Below are positions 23,329 to 34,630 of a DNA stretch of 64,000 bases, one piece after another; positions within the stretch are counted from its first letter, which is position 1, and each line of letters begins with the position of its first letter. Location: assembly GCA_963796275.1 (NCBI GenBank), contig CAWCKY010000002.1, forward strand, positions 224,001-288,000. The letters are read 5' to 3'. Made by a program: the position numbers and the translations under genes. The notes below the pieces were generated by a model. The model saw only the letters and a list, made by a program, of their open reading frames with translations. It was not told the DNA's origin and ran no database searches. Origin of the DNA: an uncultured Acidobacteriota bacterium. Its GTDB lineage: Bacteria > Acidobacteriota > Blastocatellia > RBC074.

Positions 23329-23752
23329 AAACCTCCGTCATTACACAAAGCTCTTCTTTCCTGCGGGGCACAGCTCTGGTGTTCCCTTTCAGGCGTAGGT
23401 GTATCCGCTTTGGATTTTCCGATTAGTTAAAACCTCGTTAAATCGTGAGTGTGTCTTCTCCCCTTTGCTTGATAGTGACCGCAGTCGCCTTTCTACATCG
23501 CTAAGAGGGCAATTACCGTTCCGTGATTAATGAGATAGTGTTGGTAGATTGAATCGATATAGCTGTTGAAATGGCATTGATTGAATGGAGACCGAGTGTT
23601 CGATGTTCACAGCTCAACCTGAGAAAGATGAAAGGTATAGAATAACCTTGTGAAATATCGAAAAGATAAAGAGAATACTCATCGGTCCCAAGTAAAAACG
23701 AGCCGGACATCACCGTCACCTGAAGATATATAGTTTGGCAGGTCATATAAAA

Positions 23753-24991
23753 ATGGCAGATAAATATAGTCCGCACGCGCCTTTTACCGAAACGCGTTTC
23801 GTATCTATCGTCTGTTCCCTCCTCCTCATGGGGACCTGGGCGTGTAGTATCAAATCCCTATCACAACAGCCGCCGGCTGATCGCGCCGAGCGCGCACGGC
23901 GCATGTCAAAGGAGGCTGAAGACCGCGGTCTCGCCGATCCGTTCAAGGGCGTCACCACAGACGGCAATGTTGTCGCGGGTCTGTTTCCCATCCGCTCGAC
24001 CGGAGTCTCCACCGCACCCGTCCAGAAGGCGGCCCAGGCCTTCCTCGCCACTTTGACCCAGGAGCAGCGCGGCAAGACCATGTTTTCGGTCAATGATCCG
24101 GAATGGCGCAAGTGGATGAATCAACACTTCTACATCCGTCAGGGCACCGGTTTCAAGGAGATGGATGAAGCGCAACGTGAGGCAGCCATTGATCTCCTGC
24201 GCGCCTCACTCAGCGCAAAGGGATTGAAGTCGTCGCGTGACATCATGCGGCTCAACCACACGTTGGGCGAGCTGAATAACAACAACTTCGAAGAATACAA
24301 CGAGTTGTTCTATTGGATCACGGTAATGGGCACGCCTTCGGACAAGGAGCCCTGGGGCTGGCAACTCGATGGCCACCATCTGAACATCAATTATTTCGTG
24401 CTGGGCGACCAAGTTGTGATGACGCCGACCTTCATGGGGTCCGAGCCGGTGACGGCCGCCGATGGCAAATACAAAGGCACCACGGTGCTGCAGGAGGAGC
24501 AGAAGAAGGGTCTGAATCTGATCAACGCTCTCGATGAGGCGCAGCGCAAGAGAGCCATCATCGAGCTCTCCAAGACACGTAATAACAACTTGGGCGAGGC
24601 ATTTCGTGACAACATCGTCCTCGATTACGCGGGCATTCGCGCAGCGGAACTGACAGCCGGTCAGAAGAGGGTATTGATCGACTTAATTGCCGAATACGTG
24701 GGGAACATGCGCGACGGGCATGCGCGGGTGAAGATGGACGAAGTGCGTCGCTATCTTGATGATACCCGCTTCGCCTGGATCGGCGGAACGGAGTCCGGCA
24801 GTGTCTTCTATTACCGCATCCAGAGCCCGGTGATCCTGATCGAGTTCGATCATCAGACGCCGATCGCGCTGCGCCATATCGAGCGGGGCAAGCCCACGCG
24901 CGAGCATATTCATACGGTCGTACGGACGCCGAACGGAAATGACTATGGCAAGGACATACTCCGGCAGCACTACCAGCAGCATCCGCATTAG
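23753..24991 (+). CDS. DUF3500-family exported protein
   Basis: [52 protein letters not shown]. Confidence 0.88.
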   Translation: MADKYSPHAPFTETRFVSIVCSLLLMGTWACSIKSLSQQPPADRAERARRMSKEAEDRGLADPFKGVTTDGNVVAGLFPIRSTGVSTAPVQKAAQAFLATLTQEQRGKTMFSVNDPEWRKWMNQHFYIRQGTGFKEMDEAQREAAIDLLRASLSAKGLKSSRDIMRLNHTLGELNNNNFEEYNELFYWITVMGTPSDKEPWGWQLDGHHLNINYFVLGDQVVMTPTFMGSEPVTAADGKYKGTTVLQEEQKKGLNLINALDEAQRKRAIIELSKTRNNNLGEAFRDNIVLDYAGIRAAELTAGQKRVLIDLIAEYVGNMRDGHARVKMDEVRRYLDDTRFAWIGGTESGSVFYYRIQSPVILIEFDHQTPIALRHIERGKPTREHIHTVVRTPNGNDYGKDILRQHYQQHPH

Positions 24992-25038
24992 CGCTGACTA
25001 GGTGGGGGAAACTCGGATAGGATGGTAGACTCGCTCCT

Positions 25039-25509
25039 ATGATTACCTGGTTAATTGATATGGGCTACATCACAAAAGCGAGCAAGGGCCGGTTCAAGCT
25101 CGATTACATAATTGCCAAGCAGTTTATTGAACAAAAACTGAAAGACATTTGCCAAGCGGTCATTTTCAATAGCGTGGACAACAAGCGCGGTGTAGATCGT
25201 AACCTCACGCAGTTTTACTACACAGTCCAACAAGCAGGATTTACCGTCAACCTTTACCAGATGGAAGGCGGGACACAAAAACAGGTCGATGTCGCTCTCG
25301 CATCCCACGCTGTTTGGCGAGCGACTCAGGGCGATACGATTATCCTCAGCTCAGGCGATCAAGACTTTCTGCCAGCCGTTAAGCTGATCACGGAGAATAC
25401 GCAACAGAGACTTGTCTTATTTACATATGACTTCGGAGTACACAAAGAACTGATCAGCGCATCTTCCGAGCATTGGATTTTCGAGAACTACCCACAACTT
25501 GAAAGATGA
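25039..25509 (+). CDS. NYN (PIN-like, LabA/DUF88) domain protein
   Basis: WLIDMGY, QKQVDVALA and ILSSGDQDFLPAV acidic motifs. Confidence 0.82.
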   Translation: MITWLIDMGYITKASKGRFKLDYIIAKQFIEQKLKDICQAVIFNSVDNKRGVDRNLTQFYYTVQQAGFTVNLYQMEGGTQKQVDVALASHAVWRATQGDTIILSSGDQDFLPAVKLITENTQQRLVLFTYDFGVHKELISASSEHWIFENYPQLER

Positions 25510-25633
25510 GACTGCTCTCGATTCCACTTGGCTGTGAAGAGCAAGGAAACGCAAGCATCCTGAAACGATCGGGTAATCGGATACCTGCAAACAAATGCTG
25601 CGTCGATCGATAACTTCTCCTTGAACGCGCTAA

Positions 25634-26831
25634 GTACTTTGGCAACTAAGTCTTCAGATATCTTGAATTATCGGGCAAAACGTTCTGATAATGACGATTC
25701 AATTTGTTTCTCGCAGACTCGATCGAAAATTGCCAGTTGATTTTGATCTTCTTTTCGTTACGTTCTTTGATAATCGCCGAGACATCTCTCTCCAGTTGCT
25801 TAATAGTCGGGATGCGCCGGTTTAAACACTGACGCGCCACCGCCGAGAATTCACACTCGATCATGTTGAGCCAACTGGCAGACTTGGGCGTATAGTGAAA
25901 CTCGAAACGTTGCGCCAGCGCAAAGGCCTCCGCCGCCGGCAAGTTTTGATAGAAGGAACCGGCGTGGTGGGTGTTTAAATTGTCCAGCACGAGTCGAATC
26001 TTTTTGGCCTCCGGATATGCTGCTGCCAGTCTCTGAGCGAACTGCGTGAACTCTTTCTTAGTACGTTGCCAAGAGACCTGCGCGAGTCTTTGCCCGGTCA
26101 GTGGTTCGATGGCAGCTAGCACTGCACACGATCCGTTCTTCTGATAAGCGTAATGCTCTTTGCGGACTTGGCCGCTTTGCATCGCCAGCGGTTCAACCTC
26201 CTCCCCGATCAAGAAGCACGGGCGCTCGTCGAAGCAGACCACCGGGTAGTTTGGATCATAGGCCAGCGCATACAACCGGAGAATCTCCTCCATTTGCGCG
26301 AGAAACTTCGCGTCGATCTTACCAAGACACCAAGTCTTGTTGAGGTGCGGTTTCAGTTCGTTTTTTTCAGGATGTTGCCAATATGGGTCTTGGATATCTC
26401 TTCGCAATAACCCATCTCGACCACCTTATCGGCCAACAACCGCAAAGTCCAACGCACATGCCCTTCGGGCGCTTCGCTGCAGGCCAAGGCTGTGATCTTC
26501 GCTCGCAACTTGCCGTCGATCTCCGGCGGACGTCCCGACCGCGGGGCATCTTCCAGGCACTTGAGGCCTTGCTCTTTGTACTTATCACGCCAGGCCATGA
26601 CCGTCACTCGGCTGACGCCGAGGGTTTCGGCTACCGCTTCGAGTGTCTTGCCGCGATCAAGTTCGAGCAAGCCCGTGGCTCGCTTGAAAGTTTTGGCCGG
26701 TAATTTCCCCTTGGAGATCAGGGACTCCAGATAGTCCCGGTCTTTTGCTTTTAATTTGACGTGCCGTTTTTTCATTTCCCATGCTCTGGGAATGGTGATC
26801 CGCGTGTCAAATCACATAGTTGCCAAAGTAC
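25634..26831 (-). mobile_element. IS630-family insertion sequence, apparently intact
   Basis: Perfect 15-bp terminal IRs GTACTTTGGCAACTA (25634-25648) and TAGTTGCCAAAGTAC (26817-26831), flanked on both sides by TAA. Confidence 0.93.
25646..26775 (-). CDS. IS630 transposase, two ORFs joined by a -1 frameshift
   Basis: HTH ORF 26353..26775 ends LKKTN*; DDE ORF has VCFDE, LVLDNLNTH, SWLNMIECEF; slippery CTGAAAAAAACGAA near 26357-26370. Confidence 0.92.
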
Positions 26832-27196
26832 TAAGGGCTTTAAGAATAATCACTGATTCGACTTTTTAAGAAGCGCCCGGCTTCGGTTGAATGCCCCCCC
26901 TCGTGCGATGCACTCCCTCATCATTTCAGCAGACGCTCCCACTTCGACGCTTATCCTTAATTGCCGTGAAAAACGTTGGATACTACATGTCGCTCTTAAA
27001 AAGCGAAGGCTCAGGGGTTACTTCGCCTTCGGCTCTGCCCTGGGCTAGAGTCTCCCGCCCGTTTCGATGCCGATTTGTTTTGTGAAAAGCTGGTTATCTG
27101 AAGATCAATGCGTAAGATAAAGTAATTATTTCTTAATAGCTAATCGTTATAGTCTTGATTGATACCTTTGGATTAACCGCACCATCTCGTTGAGTT

Positions 27197-27229
27197 AGTT
27201 TACTACACCAAAGATAAATAGAAGATAAA
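27197..27229 (-). promoter_or_regulatory. Direct-repeat promoter copy 1 (no clear downstream gene)
   Basis: TTTATC-TTCTA-TTTATC-N10-TAAACT. Confidence 0.65.
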
Positions 27230-27245
27230 TAGAGTGTAAATAGAA

Positions 27246-27716
27246 CCCAACGATCCCACCCGAATCGTGCAGACTGGCAGCCAGCGAAGCAATGGGTTTG
27301 AAATCGGTTTGAGTGGAAGCGTCACCCGAGCCTGGAGAATTGCCGGTGGGTATGCTTATCAAGACGCCTTTGTGACTAGCGACACCGCAGCCGCAAGGGC
27401 TGGGTTGCAAGTCGGTCAGGTGCCGCATAACAACTTCTCCTTATGGAACAGCTATCAGGTCCTCCCGAGATTGGGAGCCGGCCTGGGCATCATCCATCGA
27501 TCCGAGATGTTCGCGACGATCGACAATACGGTGACGTTGCCTGGTTACACCAGGGCTGATGCTGCGGTCTTCTTCACTATCACCGAGCGATTGCGTCTTC
27601 AGGCTAACGTGGAGAACCTGACTAACAAGCGGTACTACATCAATGCGGACAGCAACACTAACATCACGCCGGGAGCTTCTCGCGGTGTGCGGGTTGGGTT
27701 GGTCGCCAGATTTTAA
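27246..27716 (+). pseudogene. C-terminal fragment of a TonB-dependent (siderophore-type) receptor
   Basis: QTGSQRSNGFEIG...LPGYTRADAA...LQANVENLTNKRYY...terminal F; no 5' part. Confidence 0.85.
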
Positions 27717-28053
27717 GACACTGCAAAGCACGCAGCGCGTAGGTAGCATCGAGGCACTCCAATGAAACTGTTACTCACGCCTGAAATATCGGTGCCATTT
27801 ACGCGCTGCTTGAAACCAGGAGCGCCAAGTAGACTTCTCGAGTTCTAATGCATGCTGTTTCTCCCATTGATATAGCAAGCAAGAAAACAAGGGGTTTGGC
27901 GGGCAATTCTGAAGGAGGGGATGTTGATTACAACGTTGACAGTCTCTTAATCGGAGCACCGAATCAAACAAATAAATAACTCTCTATTCTTAGAAAGTTT
28001 GGCGTGAGTTGATGACGGTGTTGTTATCCCAGTTGAGGCTTACCGAGCGGGGA

Positions 28054-28539
28054 TCAGAAATAACTGATCTCGTTCTTAGCTTTCGCAACTAGCTCCCATA
28101 TCTCTTCTTTCCATGCCTCAGGTTCGTTGATGTCCCAGAGAACGAATTTGATTAGGCTATCTGTGTGGATCGTGAGGTTTCCAATATTGAATAGGCGCTG
28201 TAGCCTTCCTTGTGTGACGCTGATCGATATGACTGCATTGAGTTGGATACAATCATCGAATTCGGTGATTAGTCCCCAGCGGGCCCGGGCATCGTGTTCC
28301 GTGATCGTGTAAGTCGTGCTCTTCAGCCAGAGGTGAATTCCGATGACGATGGCAAGTATAAGCAAGCCCATGATCAACCCCGAAATACCGGCATTTTTGT
28401 CGAGGTGGATTTTCAGTGGGTTGGTGATCTCAATAATTGTAGCCACAATAAACAAAGCGATGATGAAGAGTGCAAAGCCATAGTGAACGGCCATAGTCAG
28501 AGTGCTTGGCTTGAGAATTATCGACCTTGTTTCCTGCAT
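28054..28539 (-). CDS. Membrane protein with bacterial PH domain (bPH_2/YdbS-like)
   Basis: Two TM helices, then TYTITE...WGLI...ISVTQGRLQRLFNIGNLTIHT. Confidence 0.78.
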   Translation of the reverse strand: MQETRSIILKPSTLTMAVHYGFALFIIALFIVATIIEITNPLKIHLDKNAGISGLIMGLLILAIVIGIHLWLKSTTYTITEHDARARWGLITEFDDCIQLNAVISISVTQGRLQRLFNIGNLTIHTDSLIKFVLWDINEPEAWKEEIWELVAKAKNEISYF

Positions 28540-28541
28540 TT

Positions 28542-28766
28542 CTACCTCATCACGTTGGCCAAGTAGTTTTGAGCATTGTCTCCGATTCCGGCATCACCGA
28601 AGGCGATGAACCGGACTGAGTTGTCCGATGTCGGTGTTTCAGTCAGAGGGAAAAAGCCGTTGCCGGCTTGTAACCTGTTCTCAGGCGTCTTGGCTGTGAC
28701 TCCCGTTGCGACTAAGACGTTCGCCGCGACTGCTGGTAAGAGTGCTAGGAAAGCCCTGCGGTTCAT
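28542..28766 (-). pseudogene. Truncated Tat-exported metallophosphoesterase (N-terminus only)
   Basis: MNRRAFL Tat signal; VRFIAFGDAGIGDNAQ matches VRFIAFGDMGTGENNQ of the intact paralog at 34617. Confidence 0.8.
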
Positions 28767-28829
28767 TTATCCTGTCTCCAGTATCAGGTCTCCAGTGGGA
28801 AGAGGTTGTTAAGGGGGAAAGATAGACAT

Positions 28830-28862
28830 AGGCTACCAGACGGAAGATAAACAGAAGATAAA
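28830..28862 (-). promoter_or_regulatory. Direct-repeat promoter copy 2
   Basis: TTTATC-TTCTG-TTTATC-N10-TAGCCT upstream of 28766. Confidence 0.75.
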
Positions 28863-28896
28863 TAGACAAACTGCGCGGTACCAATACGCTCGTTAT

Positions 28897-31800
28897 CTAG
28901 TCGAGATTCTTCGAGAGGGACTGCTTGCGGGCAATGCCGAAACGCAGATAGAGGGCCGGCATGAGGAGCAGGTTGAGCAAGGTGGAAGTTATCAATCCAC
29001 CTAGGATGACGACCGCCAGCGGATATTCGATCTCGTGCCCTGGCTTGTTGCCGCCGATGACGATGGGCAGCAGTGCGAGTCCAGTGGCAAGCGCCGTCAT
29101 CAAAATCGGGGCCAGGCGCTCTTCAGAGCCACGTAACACCAGCTCTTTTCCGAACGGATGGCCTTCTTCGGTTTCGAGGTGGCGATAATGGCTGACCAGC
29201 ATAATGCCATTGCGCGCTGCGATGCCGAGCACTGTGACGAAGCCGACGAGCGAGCCGAGTGAAAGGACGCCGCCTGCCAACACCGTGGCCGCGACTCCGC
29301 CAATCAGAGCAAACGGCAGGCTCACGAATATCAGTAGAACCACCCGTAGCGAGCGGAAGTCAGTATGTAGCAGGAGCAGGATGCCGAGCAGCGCCAGGGC
29401 CGAGAGTGCCAGCAAACGGTTCTTCGACTCCTGACGCGCCGCGTATTCGCCTAGGATTTCGGGATGATAACCGTGATCGAACGACAGCGTCTTGACCTTG
29501 TCTTCGATTGCGCGCGCCACGCTTCCCAGGTCGCGTCCCTTGGTATCGCAGGTCACATCGATGCGGCGCGACGCTCCTTCACGCTGAATCACATTGGGAG
29601 CCGGCGCAATCTGAATATCGGCCACGTCGCCGAGCGGTGCATCGCCGCCCGCCGGTAGGCTGATCCGCAACCTGCGCAATGCCTCCAGGTCGGTGCGCGT
29701 GTGCAGCGCGCCCCATACGACCACATCGTTTATTTGCTGTGCCTGGTATAACTCGCCGACCTTCGCTCCCTTGATGAGCGTCGTGGCAGCGCGGCGCACA
29801 TCGCCCGGCGTCAAGCCGAACCGCGATGCGGCGTCGGGTCGTAACCGGACTTCGATCTGCGGCACCGAGACCTGCTGCTCGACTTTAAGATTGGTCACTC
29901 CCGGTATCTCGCTAATCTCTTTGCTGACTTCGGACGCTTTAGACCGCAACCCTTCCAAATCGGGACCGTAAATTCTTACAACAATTGAGGCGCCCGCGCC
30001 GGTCAGCACCTCCTTGATGCGTTCTTTCAAATAAGTCAGCAGATCGCGCACAAGCCCCGGGTAGCCGTCCACAACTTCCTGAATCTTTGCCACCGTCGGC
30101 TCATAAGGGGCGTCGGGGTCGATGCTTATCCAGAGTTCGGTGAAGTTCGGGCCGACCACTTCGTCAGCGACTTCGGCGCGGCCGATGTGGGAGCCGAAAT
30201 TGCGCACGCCTGGGATGGCGCGCAGTTCCTTGCTCGCGCGTATGGTGATGCGGTTCATCGCCTCAAGCGACGTGCCGGGTTTTTCGACCCAATGCATCAG
30301 GAAGTCGGTCTCTTTGAAGTTCGGCAGGAACTCTTCGCCGAGAAACGGGACAGTCGCCGCCGTCAGGCCGAACAAGACGAGCATCGACGCGACGGCCGTC
30401 CTGTGTTTGTTGACGAACGCGAACAACAGGCGGCCGTAGTGGCGTTTGAGGAAGCGCGTGAGCGCGGGCTCAGGGCGCTCGCGGTTCGCCGCGCTCGGCA
30501 GCAGCAACAATGACATCGCCGGGGTGAGGGTCAGGGCGACGCCCAACGAAGCCAGGACGGCCAGCACGTACGATATGGCCAGGGGGCGGAAGAACGAACC
30601 CGACAAACCATCGAGGAAGAAGATCGGTAGGAAGACCAGGACTACGATCAGCGTGGCGAAGACGATGGCGCTCCGTACTTCGAGCGAGGCTTTGAGTACG
30701 ACCGAGAAGGCGGATTCAGGAGCGCCGGCTTCGCGGTTGAGCTTCAGCCGTCGCATGATGTTCTCGACGTCTATGATGGCATCGTCGACCACTTCGCCGA
30801 GCGCGATCACCAGCCCTGCGATCACCATCGTGTTGATAGAATAGCCGCGCCAGTAAAGTACCAGCGCCGCCGCGAGCAGCGAGAGCGGGATTGCCGACAG
30901 ACTGATGATCGCCGCCCTCCACTCGAAGAGGAACGCGACCAGCACTGCGATCACCAGCAGACAGCCGATGAACAGGGCGGTCCGCAGATTCTTCAGTGCC
31001 AGTTCGATGAAGGTCGCGGGGCGGAAGATGGTTGAATCGATCTCGACGTCCCTGAGGGCGGGTTTGAGCGCGCTGAGCGCGGCCTCGACCTCGCGCGTCA
31101 CGTCGAGCGTGTTGCCCTCCGGCTGCTTCTCGATGATCAGAAGGATGCCCGGTCCGTCGTTGATGATCGCGTCTCCGATGGGCGGCGGGAAGCCTTCGAC
31201 CACCTCGGCGACGGTGCTCAGTTGCAGCGGCGCGCCGTTGCGAAAGGCGACGGGGACGCGCGCCAGATCAAGGGGCCGCGTGATAGCGGCCATGTGCGCT
31301 ACAGGCAGGCGCTGATTGGGCGTGTCCACGAAGCCGCCCGCTACCACGGCGACGGCGTCGCGCGTAGAACGTTCGACATCTGCGAGCGTGACGTTGTGCG
31401 CGCGCAGGCGGTCGGGATCGACCAAAACCTGCAACTGGCGGTCGCGCTGTCCCCAGATCGCCACGTTCGCCACCCCGGGGACCGCCATCAGGCGCGGGCG
31501 AATGGTCCAGCGCGCCAGTGCGGAGAGGTCCATCTGCGAGAGATTCTTTGATGACATGCCGATCTTCAGGACGCGGCTGGTGGACGAAAGCGGCTGCAAA
31601 ATCACCGGGGGTCGAGCCGCTGCGGGCAGTTGCGTTGCAATCAGCGACAACCTCTCCTGTACACGCTGCCGCGCAGGCATCAAATCTGTATTCTGCTGGA
31701 AGATCAAAACGACCGACGAAAGGCCGAGTACGGACTTCGAGCGAAGCGTCTTAAGTTCCGCCGTGCCATTCAACGCGTTTTCGATTGGTACAGTGATTAG

Positions 31801-31986
31801 GCTTTCGACCTCGGTCGTGGAGAGGCCGGGAGCCTCGGTCTGAATTTCGACCAGCGGCGGAGCGAATTCCGGGAAGACGTCGAGCGGCGCTGTGCGCACT
31901 ACGCGCAATCCTGCGATCATCAGCAGTATTGCGATGGCGATGACAATGACGCGCAGTTGCAAAGAGGTTGAGACGAGCCAATTCAT
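28897..31986 (-). CDS. CusA/CzcA-family (heavy-metal efflux type) RND transporter
   Basis: [43 protein letters not shown]; 1029 aa. Confidence 0.93.
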   Translation of the reverse strand: MNWLVSTSLQLRVIVIAIAILLMIAGLRVVRTAPLDVFPEFAPPLVEIQTEAPGLSTTEVESLITVPIENALNGTAELKTLRSKSVLGLSSVVLIFQQNTDLMPARQRVQERLSLIATQLPAAARPPVILQPLSSTSRVLKIGMSSKNLSQMDLSALARWTIRPRLMAVPGVANVAIWGQRDRQLQVLVDPDRLRAHNVTLADVERSTRDAVAVVAGGFVDTPNQRLPVAHMAAITRPLDLARVPVAFRNGAPLQLSTVAEVVEGFPPPIGDAIINDGPGILLIIEKQPEGNTLDVTREVEAALSALKPALRDVEIDSTIFRPATFIELALKNLRTALFIGCLLVIAVLVAFLFEWRAAIISLSAIPLSLLAAALVLYWRGYSINTMVIAGLVIALGEVVDDAIIDVENIMRRLKLNREAGAPESAFSVVLKASLEVRSAIVFATLIVVLVFLPIFFLDGLSGSFFRPLAISYVLAVLASLGVALTLTPAMSLLLLPSAANRERPEPALTRFLKRHYGRLLFAFVNKHRTAVASMLVLFGLTAATVPFLGEEFLPNFKETDFLMHWVEKPGTSLEAMNRITIRASKELRAIPGVRNFGSHIGRAEVADEVVGPNFTELWISIDPDAPYEPTVAKIQEVVDGYPGLVRDLLTYLKERIKEVLTGAGASIVVRIYGPDLEGLRSKASEVSKEISEIPGVTNLKVEQQVSVPQIEVRLRPDAASRFGLTPGDVRRAATTLIKGAKVGELYQAQQINDVVVWGALHTRTDLEALRRLRISLPAGGDAPLGDVADIQIAPAPNVIQREGASRRIDVTCDTKGRDLGSVARAIEDKVKTLSFDHGYHPEILGEYAARQESKNRLLALSALALLGILLLLHTDFRSLRVVLLIFVSLPFALIGGVAATVLAGGVLSLGSLVGFVTVLGIAARNGIMLVSHYRHLETEEGHPFGKELVLRGSEERLAPILMTALATGLALLPIVIGGNKPGHEIEYPLAVVILGGLITSTLLNLLLMPALYLRFGIARKQSLSKNLD

Positions 31987-31992
31987 TCAGAA

Positions 31993-33219
31993 TTATTTCC
32001 CTGTGCCGAACTCGGTGCCGAAGATTTCGGCGGCGCCGGCAGTGACGATGTTTGCTCCGACGGCGGGACCGCGCGCGAGCACAGCCAGCGAGCCGGTGAC
32101 GCGGCGCACTTCCACGCGGCGGCGAACATACTGCTGCGGCCCGATATTTTCGTAAACCCAGGTGCCACCGTGGATGTCGTGTAAGACTGCTGACCATGGC
32201 ACGACCAGGCTTTCTTCAGTCGCTTTTTCTGAAAGCGTCACTCCCATCTTCTGGCCGGGGCGTAGGGAGCCGTCCTGATTGGCCAATTCGAAGTACAGGT
32301 CGGCCGTGTCGTTCAGAGGATTGGCAGTGGGCGGAGCGTTGATGGGGCGAGCGGAGCGTGTTGCGGTGCCTGGCGCCTCATTCAGCGCATGAACTCGCGC
32401 AGTTTGACGGCGGTCAATCAAACTTAAGTCGCCGACGTACACCGGCACCCGAATCCAAACAGTGGCGAGGTTGACCACTTCGAAGAGGGCCCCGCCGCTG
32501 GGAACGGTCTGGCCCGGGCTAACCAAGACTCTCTGAATCAGGCCATCCTGCGGAGCTGTAATGGTGAATGCGGCATCACCAGAGACAGGCGCGTTGACAT
32601 AACGGTCAAGCCGCTCGCGCGCCGCCTTCAGATCGTTTTCGGCGAGGCTAAGTTCTTCGCGCGCCTGTTCAACGGCTTTCTCGCTGCCAGCGCGGTCATG
32701 CAAAAGTCGTTCGGCGCGCTTGAAGCGAGCGCCTGCGGCGTCAACCCGCGTCTGTGTATTGGTCACGTCGCGTTCCAATTGCACGCGTAGGTCGCGTTCG
32801 GGCGGAAGCAGGGGGGTTAGGCGAAAGAGCGCCTGCCCCTTGCTCACAAACAGCCCAACTACGAGCGGAGCATAGGCCGCGAGAGTGCCGCTCACCGGAG
32901 CCGCGACGCTGATGGCGCGATCGGGCGGGAGTACTATTTCACCGGCAAAAGTCCGAGTCTGGGCAACGGTTTTAACCGCGACAGGCGCGGTGGCGATTCC
33001 CAGGCGCTCTTCGGCCTTCGGAGAAAGTTTGACCCTCGCCAGTTCGGACTCTTTGACAGGGCTCTCGACTTTTGCTGCCGGTTCTGCCATCTGACTCCCT
33101 GCGGCCTGTGGCTTTGAACAGCTGCACAACGAGATCGATGAGACGGCGATGATGAAAAGCAGCAGCCCGATCATCGCTCCTGAGAATGGCGGGCGCACAA
33201 TCAGTTTAGCGGTTGGCAA
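31993..33219 (-). CDS. RND periplasmic adaptor (membrane fusion protein)
   Basis: ISVAAPVSG, ITAPQDG, LRPGQK, LVVPWSAV motifs. Confidence 0.92.
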   Translation of the reverse strand: MPTAKLIVRPPFSGAMIGLLLFIIAVSSISLCSCSKPQAAGSQMAEPAAKVESPVKESELARVKLSPKAEERLGIATAPVAVKTVAQTRTFAGEIVLPPDRAISVAAPVSGTLAAYAPLVVGLFVSKGQALFRLTPLLPPERDLRVQLERDVTNTQTRVDAAGARFKRAERLLHDRAGSEKAVEQAREELSLAENDLKAARERLDRYVNAPVSGDAAFTITAPQDGLIQRVLVSPGQTVPSGGALFEVVNLATVWIRVPVYVGDLSLIDRRQTARVHALNEAPGTATRSARPINAPPTANPLNDTADLYFELANQDGSLRPGQKMGVTLSEKATEESLVVPWSAVLHDIHGGTWVYENIGPQQYVRRRVEVRRVTGSLAVLARGPAVGANIVTAGAAEIFGTEFGTGK

Positions 33220-34630
33220 TCAGCCTCCTTCCGACGCTCCGTTCGAGTTGCGCTAATGCACGCGCGGTAGCGACCTGGTAATCAGCTTCGCGCAATCGTT
33301 CATCGGAGTAGCGGCGCGCGGTTTCGAGCACGAACAGGTAGGACACATCGCCCGAGCGGTAGGCCGTCTCGGCCAGGCGAATGTTCTGTTCCAGCGGCAG
33401 CAGCACGCGCGTCCGCCACAGTTGATGCGTTGCGCGCGCCTGCGTAAGTTGCAGATAAGCCTCGCGTACTCCCGATACGACTCGTTGCCGGGTGGCGATC
33501 AGTTGTTTGGCGGCGCGTTCGATCTCCGCCTCTGCCCGCGAGATGTTGCCCTGATTCCGGTTGAAGATCGGCAGATCGATCAGCAGGCCCGGCCCTTGCT
33601 CGAAGCCATTGGCGCCTCGCCCGTACTCCTTGGCGATGGCCGTGACATTGATGATACGCGAACGCTCCCACCTGGCGCGCGCTCCGGCTGCTTCGATGGC
33701 AAGCTCCCCGGCCTTCACCTCCGGCGCGGCCTCGAGCGCCTGTTTGATCAGTTCGTTGAGCGATTCTGATTCCGCTGCGGTATTTGAAGCAGTGGAAGGT
33801 GCGGCGATCCGCACAGTCGTCGCGCGCACACTGATGATCTGGCTGGCCGCCGGGGCATGCCGCGACGGCGCGGCGATGATATTCACTCTTACGTCGTCAT
33901 TGCCGAAGCCTAACAACGCGCGCAAATGCTCGCCGGCGAGCGCCGAATCTTGTATGAATCGCGCCTCCTGCTCTTCCGCCTGGCGCGCATCGATGACGGC
34001 GGCGTTGGTTTCCAATTCGCTGATGTCGCCCGCTCGCAGCCGGGCATTAACGATGACGGCTATTTCCCGGCGCTCGCGCGCGATCTCCCTGACGATGCCG
34101 GCGCGCGTGTTCGCCGCCGAATAGTCGGCGTAAGCTATACGAACATCGCGTACCAGATCGAGCGCGCGCCCCACCAGTGTTGCGCCGACACGCTCCTCTT
34201 CCAGTTTGGCCGCCGCTACGCGCCGAGGCCGCTGCCAGATAGTCTCAATCGGCCAGCTGGCGACTGCTTCCAGGATCCGAAAACTGAAGGGAAAGATCAT
34301 CGTCAGTTGCGGGTTGGCGAGCAGACCAGCCTGAATCACGTCGGCGCGCGCCAGCCCCAACGCCGTCATCTCGGCTTGCAACGACGGGTTGTTCCACAGC
34401 GCAATCGCGACGGCCTCGTCTTCCGTCACTCCGTCATCGAGAGAGACGCCTTCGGGCATCGCCAATGGTGTCGTCCCCGGATGCAGTGGATGGCCGGTCC
34501 TGCGTTCAACTTCTTTTGACACGCCGGCAGGCTGAGTCTTGGTTTGCGCCCAACCGCTCGTGATTGCTGCGGCGGGCAGGAGGAAGCTGGTGATGACGAT
34601 TAAAAAGGCTCTTGCCCTAATAGCCAGCAT
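33206..34630 (-). CDS. TolC/CzcC-like outer membrane factor
   Basis: ALWNNPSLQA, LPIFNRNQGNI, AYRSGDVSYL, LERSVG. Confidence 0.92.
   Translation of the reverse strand: MLAIRARAFLIVITSFLLPAAAITSGWAQTKTQPAGVSKEVERRTGHPLHPGTTPLAMPEGVSLDDGVTEDEAVAIALWNNPSLQAEMTALGLARADVIQAGLLANPQLTMIFPFSFRILEAVASWPIETIWQRPRRVAAAKLEEERVGATLVGRALDLVRDVRIAYADYSAANTRAGIVREIARERREIAVIVNARLRAGDISELETNAAVIDARQAEEQEARFIQDSALAGEHLRALLGFGNDDVRVNIIAAPSRHAPAASQIISVRATTVRIAAPSTASNTAAESESLNELIKQALEAAPEVKAGELAIEAAGARARWERSRIINVTAIAKEYGRGANGFEQGPGLLIDLPIFNRNQGNISRAEAEIERAAKQLIATRQRVVSGVREAYLQLTQARATHQLWRTRVLLPLEQNIRLAETAYRSGDVSYLFVLETARRYSDERLREADYQVATARALAQLERSVGRRLIANR

Noticed and set aside
23661-23672. Single GATAAA hexamers here, near 27116 and inside the regulator CDS
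   Set aside because: No second repeat at 11-bp spacing, so not counted in the regulon
27771-27971. 66-aa Cys-containing ORF
   Set aside because: Weak start, no RBS and no family motif
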